A stretch of DNA of 64,000 bases from Magallana gigas (Eukaryota), in contig NC_088858.1 of the NCBI RefSeq assembly GCF_963853765.1, forward strand, positions 2,790,001-2,854,000. Reading direction: 5' to 3'. The notes beneath the pieces were generated by a model, which worked only from the letters and a program-made list of their open reading frames with translations, was not told the origin of the DNA and searched no databases. Both the position numbers and the translations under genes were made by a program. Shown piece by piece: positions 55,416 through 64,000 of this stretch (position 1 is its first letter; each line of letters begins with the position of its first letter).

Positions 55416-55756
55416 TTTGATTAGGATTATCAAAGCACTAGACTGAAAAACAGCTGTCAAACCTGTGCATTCCAGGAAGAAAGGGGGGTAAGAAGGAAAT
55501 ATTATAGAAGGTCGATCCCGATTCGAAAAAAAAATCATTGTCAAAATATTCCTGTCCAAAACACCACTTATAAGTTTAAATTATATAAAACTCTAAAAGT
55601 ATGGAAATAATATGAGTAAATATGAAATATGAATGAAAGACAAAGCAGGAAATTCAAAAGAATCGGGCTCGATGTTCCATGTCACAGAGGATATTCGGTC
55701 TGAATGATATCGTGTGTGTGTCACAGACTTTATATTTTGTTTATTTTAATTAAGAC

Positions 55757-57408
55757 ATGATTCTAAGGCAACCGATTTGTCAGCTATGCAGACATAATGG
55801 TGTCAATCTCTTGTCACTTTCTTCTGTACGCGAAACAAGCAGAAGAAACATTTCTGTGGACTTTCAAGGGAGACCACAATTCAGAGAAAAATCCGAAATC
55901 GAAAAATTCCGATGGATGAGAGACAATTTTCCAAAGGTTTTCACAAAGATAGATTTATCTGTCCGGGAAACTCTTACGTGTGTAGACAAAATTCCTGTAT
56001 TTCACGGTGAATTTAACTATTTTTGGAAATTCGACAGTGAGAGAAAACTTGAAGATTGGGTTGTAACCTCAGATTCAGACAATAAGCAGGGGTTTACCCG
56101 AGCTTTCCTGGCTCTGAGTCGGAACAAAAGGGCACTGTTTTACGGGAACTTGTGTACTGATGTTCCCAAGGATGGAGAGCTGACACGAACAGGATACTGT
56201 CAACTGAGGAGTCCTGTCAACCCTGTATGTTTTCATCACAGACTTCTGTGGTTACCCACTAGTATAATAATAACACATGGCATCTAATTCTACATTGCAC
56301 AGTATTGGGTCTGTCAACCCTCTCTACCAGTACCTGTTCGCATGAATCTGTTTGCCAATAATTAATCCTATTAAAAAGAATAATTTTACTGGACAAGGCT
56401 ATGCTTAGCAGCGATAAACGAGGTCCATAGGACTATTGTCATTTTTATGATAGACTATTCTATCTACATAATCCTTGTTCACCCTATTTCTATCCCCTCT
56501 TTAAAAAGAGGAAAAAATTATCTTTAATCATTATTTTATTTTTTAACATTTTAGATCATATAAGGAGATGATAAGTTTTTAAAAAGCCGTACTCATAGAG
56601 AATATGGTGGATTTTTTTATATCATTAAATTAGTGTGTTGAGAAGTCAGCTACCTTAAACCTTCAGTAGTTTTAATCATAATACTAACAGTACCTATAAA
56701 TGAAAATTGCTATTCTAATTTTGATCTTTATCTTTTATACAAAGGCTTCTTAACTTCAAAGTTTTTTTTTTCTTTAATGATTAAGTTTTGCCCTATTTTC
56801 TTATTGCAGTCAGCCAGTCAAACCTATAACTGGTCTGATTTTACCCATCTAGTGATACGCATGAGGGGTGATGGGCGAACATACGGGCTGGGCTTACAGA
56901 AAAACTATAAGAGGACTCACCGCTTAGACTTTGCCATGGGTCTGACTGCGAATGACCAGTTCCACTACCCCATGTTTACTCGAGGAGGTCCATACTGGCA
57001 GACAGTCAAGGTACCATCCCATATGGATCATCTCTCTTAACTACTATTTCTAAACTAACAGAATTACTAAACAAAGAGAATTTTTGATGATGTTCAATAA
57101 CTCATAATTTCAAGGAAGTATTTTTAACAGCAGTCATGAATTCTGTTTCAGTACAATTGTGATTTCCTTTTCTTTTACAGATTCCATTCAGTAAGTTTTA
57201 CTTGAGTCACAAGGGAATAGTGCAGGATAAACAGGCTCCAGTCGAAACCTCGGAGATAGGATTCTTCTGTATCAATCTGATGGACAATGTGGATGGACCG
57301 TTCCACCTGGAAATTGACTATATAGCTCTTCTGAACGATCAGAATCACAAAGAGGAGCATGCTTACGAGCGCTACAGCCTGGAGGACCACGTGGTCAACG
57401 TTTACTGA
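55757..57408 (+). CDS. NDUFAF1: Complex I intermediate-associated protein 30 (CIA30), mitochondrial (~298 aa)
   Basis: Exons 55757-56224, 56810-57010, 57181-57408 (897 nt). Motifs WVVTSDSD...G, ALFYGNLCTDVPKDGELTRTGYC, IRMRGDGRTY, FTRGGPYWQTVKIPFSKF, DGPFHLEIDYI. Confidence 0.93.
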
Positions 57409-59191
57409 CGCCACAGATTCACTGTGTGGTGTTCTTTACTTATAATATACCAGTGGGGGTGTTTATTCTCAGTGACATAAACTGGTCATAAAATGTCAGT
57501 CTTACTGCTTTTATTTACTAACATCAGCTGTGTGGAATATGGATATATTTGTAATATATATTTGCAATCCCCAATCTGTTGCTGAATTTACTTTTCACAA
57601 TCAAATTGCATGTATATTACATGTACTACATATCATGTATAGTGTTAAGCCATTACTAATGACGAATAATAAGAATTTGTCAAAGTAACGAACTAAATAT
57701 ACCCAAATCAATGAGATTGAGACATTAAATATTTTGACACTCTACTGTACGTGATGCACAAGCCTACCGGTACCTGTGTATTGTTGTTACCAGTAATGAA
57801 ATCTATAGACAAAGTGCCAGAAGTGAAATCAATGTCAACTATAACAGTCCACAATTATGTCTTTCTGCTTCTAACATAAACCAAAATCAGATCGTATAAT
57901 GTAAATATTTGCAGAGTTGTTGCCTTTCTCAGTGAGATAAATAAAAACAAGATGCATTTTATATCATGGAAATAAATTTATTCTTCCTCTTTTGTAAATA
58001 ATATATTGTACTGTGCATAAATACTGTATATATAGTTAAGTAAATAGATCATACATGTAATATGTAATAATGAAATGCAGTATTAATACCCAATTAATAA
58101 ACATAAATTAAACAAAATTTGATTAAAAAATATTGAATATTTAATCTTGATTTGACATTTTAATGTAACACAATCTCAGACATTAACCAAGAATTTATGC
58201 CCCTCAGTACTATTATGCCCTACAAAAGCCATTCAGGAGATGCAGACTCCAATATAACTTATGTTCCTTGGAATTGCATGCAAATAAAAAAAATATTCCA
58301 TTGTAAAGTCTACATGATAATAGTACTTACAGCAATATGAGCTGTATTTTTTAGAATTTTGTTTTGCTGCAGAAACCTGCTTGTATGATAAGTCTGCATG
58401 TAACTTAAACTTATATGGTAAATAAAGTTTGAAAAATTCATATAGGAATACATGTACATAGCAAATCAATTTTTGTACAGGTCGACAACAATTCAATTTT
58501 GCTCCAATAAAGGCTTCTTAAAGGCCTTTCCCACAAAAATACAGCTTGCAGATATTTAAAACCATGATTTTTTTGGTAGTTTTAGAAGAAAAACACATTT
58601 TCGTAAAAAAAAATTTTAACATGAAAATTGCAGCTCATATTGCTTTAACCACAAAATGAAAAATATCAACTCATTAGTACCAGCTTGTGTTCTGTGTTTT
58701 GATCAAGCAAAAATTCAGGTGCAAAACAAGCCAGCAAGTAAAATGACATCAAAACATAAATTCTTATGATGTATTCTTTGCCAGTTCTCTAAAAGTCTTG
58801 ACAAAGGATAAAAGTAGTGTCCCTGGAAAATTGATAATTGTAACACAACACATTTCACAAAATGGAAGACAGACTCTGAGGTAATAATGTTTCACAACTG
58901 TACAGTGGAACATATATACTGGTGTGTATTGGGATTTTGCAGATGTAAGCATTAAATGTTACTGCAAGCTTTCAACATGTGTTCGTACGAGATTGCTAAG
59001 ACAGGACTCTTGATTGTCTGTATCCAGGTCATGTATAAAGACCCTACAAATTTTACCAGCCCCTGCCTAGCACCAAAAAGATACACGAATATTGATTTAA
59101 GTATCCAATATAAAAGTAGTCATCCTATATGTGCTAGGTTTGGGATTGTTCAGTTATACATGTACATTTATAACCATGCAAGCATGCTTTT

Positions 59192-59478
59192 AGCCAACAC
59201 ACAGTTTCGAACCAAGACTCGAAACAGAACCTGATTTACAGATTGACTGATTTGTGACTTGACTTAACCCACAGTTTATTGAGGAACTTTGCTCTCTAAA
59301 GTAAATTCAGCATACCAAGTAAATGTGTCTGTTTCAGCCAACACACAGTTTCGAACCAAGACTCGAAACAGAACCTGATTTACAGATTGACTGATTTGTG
59401 ACTTGACTTAACCCACAGTTTATTGAGGAACTTTGCTTTCTAAAGTAAATTCAGCATACCAAGTAAATGTGTCTGTTT
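59192..59478. repeat. 144-bp near-perfect tandem duplication
   Basis: AGCCAACACACAGTTTCGAACC... at 59192 and 59336; only one internal mismatch noticed. Confidence 0.9.
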
Positions 59479-60352
59479 TACAGCAAGCTGATTGGGTAAC
59501 ACAATAACAATGAATCATTAAAAACCTCTGGTGAAGCCAAGCTCATGTTATGGTAACTCACAACATATTCTGTTCCCGACAGTGGGATGAAATTTATTGG
59601 ACAAACAAATATGGCTATCAAATTAATATTTGTAAATCAAGGCATGCACAAAGATCACACTTTGCCAAACCAAACAAAAGTGCTTCCATGATACAAGGGA
59701 ATGTCACACTAATGCCAAGAAAACTGATAAAAATCAACAGTTTTGCTGCTGTTGTAAAGTAGCAAAGGATTTTTAAACAATGTATAAATTCTTGATCCAT
59801 TTACAATGAATCCATGGAATACATGTGAGAAATAAGTAAACGTTTTCACTTCTACATACATTGAAAGTCAGACGATCAGAGCTATACTAACAAATACCCA
59901 CCATAACAAACATTTTATGGACGTAAGTATTGTCCCCTGTATACATTATATCATTCACAATCTTTGGTTGTATCTCATTTTGTATTGTCTGGATTTCAAA
60001 AAGATCTAGTCTTTGAGGACATGTGATGCTATGCTCTGTGAATTTTGCTATGACATATGACACTATGCTCTGTGAATTATGCTGGGAAATATGATGTGAT
60101 GCTCTCTGGTTTATGCTGATATGTGTACAGATGAACAGCTTCCTCTACTGCCAGCAACAGAGGTCAAAGTACATCCTACTGAGGACTAAATTTATTATGC
60201 AGTGAAGAAAAGAATTAAATAAAATCATAACTGCTGAAAAGAAAATAAATAAAACCACATAGTATCACAGATATCTCCAAGATCCAGAGACGAGATCCAG
60301 CTTCCTAAGAGATTCTAGTAAACAAGTCCCGGGCCATTCTCCCGACCGTTCA

Positions 60353-63092
60353 CTACTTGGGGACATATCGCCGACACATGTAGTTTTGGCCCTCCTCCTT
60401 GACATAGCCGAACTTGGAGTAGAATGGCACCAGATTGTCCAGACATTCCAGTGACACCTTGTAACATCCCACCTTCTTGCTCAGCAGTGTCAGCACGTCA
60501 ACAAGTCTACAACAGAACACACACTCAGCAAACCGCAGTAGTGAGGTGTACTTACAGTCGTAAATCTCTATACAAAGTATCCACTTAAACTGACAGTCAA
60601 TTTGTACGGTAATAGAAATATTATCATTTTAACCAATTATTAAATTAACCTATGGGAAAATAGCATGGAAACTTTTGTCTTAGAAAAAGCTAGTTTATTT
60701 ATCTAAATTTTACATAGAAAAAGAAATGCTTTGTGTTGTTTTGAAATAATATATACAGTGAACCAAAATATTGGTATTTTCTGGAAAAGCTTTTTTTTTT
60801 AATCTGGCTAATTTCGCACACCTCACGACATTTTCTCAAATGAGAGTAAAAGTTGGTTGACAGTATTATACAGTACCTTGGTACTTATACTTACAGTTTG
60901 CCCAGCTGTTTTCCTTGATATGTACTATTCACAACCACATCTTCTATTCTTCCCCTCTTCACAAAAATGAGAAATTGATTAAAAATTTATTCACCACAAC
61001 ATTTGAATGTATCTGTGGCAGATATGATCAGTTATCACATATAAGTACACATGTATGAGTATTCATTGTTCTGATAATAAAATATTAGGGAATGCTGACT
61101 ATGAGCAGTTAAATGGAACCAAGGGTCCTTCACACCCCATGAATTAAACTTTTTATGTATGTGGCTCTAACATTGAAATAATGAAATTAAAATGTATTGT
61201 GAAATTACCTGTATTCATAAATGTTCAAGTATATATTTGTTTAACTTTGCAGTACAATGAATATACCCTCAGACTACTGACCTAGGCTACAGTCCATAAT
61301 TCCAATATAGAGAGAAATTTTATATGTAAGAATTGAAATACAATCTTGAAAATTTGTAAGATTTTTTTCTAAAATTGCTGTTCATTTTTTTAAATCAAAA
61401 CATTAGTTCGTGCTGATTTGAGAATCTTTTCTCAAAGCTGTTGTGGAGCCTTATTTCCCCTTCTATGCTATACTTAGTGTTTTATAGGTGTGTGTATCGC
61501 AGAAGTACCGGTACTTACAGATGCACACTGACGTATAAAGTGCATTTCTTTGACCAGTGTGGCGGATCCAACAACTTGATGGGTGACATCATCCTCTATC
61601 ACCACTGTGTAGTAGAGATTGGGTTGGGTCCTCACCATCGCTTGGAAGCGCTCTGAAATACCACAACAGGTCAAAATTATCTCCTTGATAAAGTATCAAA
61701 ATAAGATTATTAAGCTTTCATGATCTTAACTTATACAGGGACATGTTTCACAGCATTAAAATACTTCTGTGAAATAGAATATTTTTGTGTGATAAATAAG
61801 AATGTAGTTATTCAGCATTTTATTAAAATCTTCATTGATGGAGACAATCTACAAGCTGGTTTTTTGTATCAAACTATCACTTGAAAATCCAGACAGATTT
61901 TCTTTTCTTTTTTTCATCATGGTTGTCGGTTACCTTCGAACTGTTCATGAGAGATATCTCCAACCTTCGTCAGGTGTGCAAGAAGTGTCAGGTATCCTAC
62001 AAAATGGAAGAGAATGGCCGTCATCTTTGTGACAAAATGCAAAACGACAAGGAACAACAGACGGACAAAGTAACAGTATTGTTTACTACTAAAAATTTCT
62101 AAACCATTCAGTGGGCTACATTTTTCACCACTTCAAATTAACTCCATGTTCTCAAATATAGCATCTTTTCAACTTAAAAGCTGGAAGGTAGCGTTTATTA
62201 CAATGGAATACCTTGAAAATGATTACCTTTGTCAAAGTCTGACACACACAGTGGCCTCAGGGTGAGCCCATCCCCTGGGCGGGTGGGGCTGATTTCTGGT
62301 TTGTAGGTGGCACACTTCTGGTCCTCAAATGGAAGATCCTCCAAGAGCTGAGGGTCAAATAAAAAGACTTCCTCCACACCGTTCTGACAAAGAAAATTGA
62401 TCTTATTCATACCACTATAATGATCATAGATATTACATTGTAAAAGCAACTTAACCGCCCATTTCACAGTTCATTTTACTGTATAACCAACTGATATTGG
62501 TTAACAATTTTATTTTTGTGGTACATCCATCAAGTTCAAATCTGACTAGTCTAAATTGAAATAATTTAGAGAATCCTTGTACATCTCTGTGGTCTACAAA
62601 TTGTCAAGTCCATTATCCAGGTGTACATGTATCGTTAATTCAGCTTAATCTGGACCAAGTACCGGTACAGTAATTGGACTAATAATCCAGATGTCAAATA
62701 ATCTTGATGATTTGCCTTCCTCACCAATAGTAATGGAAACTCATTTTTTGTATGATCTTAAATATTCAAACATCACTGGTTCATTGATTCAGGTTCTCCA
62801 TTTATAATCTAAACAATTTAAAATGGAATAAAGTTTTCTGTTTATAATGAGATTCCGTTGTTCCTGAACTATCTCTATCAGAGATTTATAGCTACAGGTC
62901 ATGGATGTATCAATGCGACTGAACAGACTGCGCTATAGAACTTCTGATCTGATTTAATAGTCAATGAGTTTATTTTTACAAAAGTGATTCAGCAAGTGTC
63001 AACGTTTTATCAAAACATTACCACTACTTCTCAGGAGATATCAATATTACTGCACTGGTTCAGGAAGTATCAATACTATAGAACATTACCAT
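60353..63092 (-). CDS. GNPNAT1: Glucosamine-6-phosphate N-acetyltransferase (GNA1, ~190 aa)
   Basis: Exons 62383-62227, 61996-61934, 61652-61519, 60956-60895, 60506-60353. The start ATG is tentatively at 63092-63090, directly before a GTAATG donor (phase 0 fits). Motifs [41 protein letters not shown]...[23 protein letters not shown]. Confidence 0.92.
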
Positions 63093-63137
63093 TTTTTCAA
63101 AGAGTACCAACTTGTCAATGAATGCCGCAAACCATGA

Positions 63138-63238
63138 TATGGAGAAGGCTTACATATAATAGGCATTGCCTGCTGCCTAATCCATTTATGTAAATGTATA
63201 TTTGCATAATAAAATATGTTCAAATCAAAAAAAAAAAA
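63138..63238 (+). mobile_element. 5'-truncated non-LTR retroelement 3' end with poly(A) tail and 8-bp TSD
   Basis: Copy of 37174-37261; AACCATGA at 63130-63137 and 63239-63246. Confidence 0.75.
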
Positions 63239-63746
63239 AACCATGAACATTTGTTCAGGAATTATCAATGCTATAAACATATCACTAAACTTAATAAAAA
63301 AGTGTCCATACTACAGAACTACACACTCAGGAAGTTTCAATACTATAAGCAATTTACATAGAGTCAGGAATTTTCCTTACCAAGAGCTTTAGAACATATT
63401 ACTCTACTACTGATTTAGGAAGTATAATTAATGCTATTGATGGTCAGTAACTATAATCAATGCAATACAATTTTATCTGAACTAATTCACATGTACTATC
63501 AATTATTAGAATAGTAACGATAAACTATATCAATGTCAGATGGATTACCACTGATTCACTGAGTTTTGCATCAGAAGAAAAGACTGTAAGTCTTGAAGTC
63601 TTGAGATTTCCTAATGTGAAGATCAGACCAGTTGGGATATCGCAGTCTGATTAAAATCAGTTGTTCTGATACACTACTGCTCTCAAAAAAGGTAGCTATC
63701 AGAACGGCTGATCTTAATCAGATTGGGAATACCTGCACCAGAAATT

Positions 63747-63810
63747 AAGCTCTGTTGGTAGAGCATGTCTAGATTCAGGGGATCGGGGTTCAAATCCCTG
63801 TCTGGTCTGA
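63747..63810 (+). mobile_element. tRNA-derived SINE head
   Basis: AAGCTCTGTTGGTAGAGC (A-box-like) and GGGGTTCAAATCCC (B-box-like); no full cloverleaf. Confidence 0.55.
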
Positions 63811-64000
63811 GATTATTTCTCCCATCACAATATATTAGCTTGAGATATATTAAATTATAGGCTTTGACATTGTGTCACATCTTAAGCGTGTTCAGCAAAG
63901 CAGGTGCTCTTGAGGTGCTTGGGAACATAGGGAAATTGGGCAAGCAATGTAGCATCCACTCTGCTGAACATTATGAACAACTGGGACATTAAACGACAGA

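Noticed and set aside
57175-57414. Hydrophobic minus-strand ORF
   Set aside because: Antisense to NDUFAF1 exon 3; no independent evidence.

Overview
AT-rich, intron-rich eukaryotic DNA from a gene-dense housekeeping region. The repeat families suggest a bivalve, probably an ostreid oyster (inferred, not proven). Ten protein-coding genes can be spliced together by hand with consistent exon phases: SAE1 exon 1 (-, rest off-window), MCFD2-like (-), TTC27 (+), a short DUF5745/CEP95-N-like gene (+), NDUFAF5 (+), TASP1 (-), SEC23 (+), CHP1 (-, one exon clipped by a 177-N gap), NDUFAF1 (+) and GNPNAT1 (-). Three pairs are head-to-head. Introns and intergenic DNA hold MITEs, Helentron/HINE-type elements, foldback hairpins, SINE/LINE remnants and minisatellites. 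The most unusual observation is in TASP1: the last 25 nt of a catalytic-subunit exon plus its 5' splice site are the monomer of a 32-bp minisatellite (~21 good copies, plus decayed copies spread over ~3.8 kb). This creates a ladder of decoy donors, and using any of them would introduce a premature stop. Also notable: a candidate 27-nt eMIC-type microexon and a GC-AG intron in SEC23, and foldback elements that share size, ends and centre but not arm sequence. No rRNA, intact tRNA or CRISPR array is supported. All homology calls come from recalled family motifs; no database search was run.
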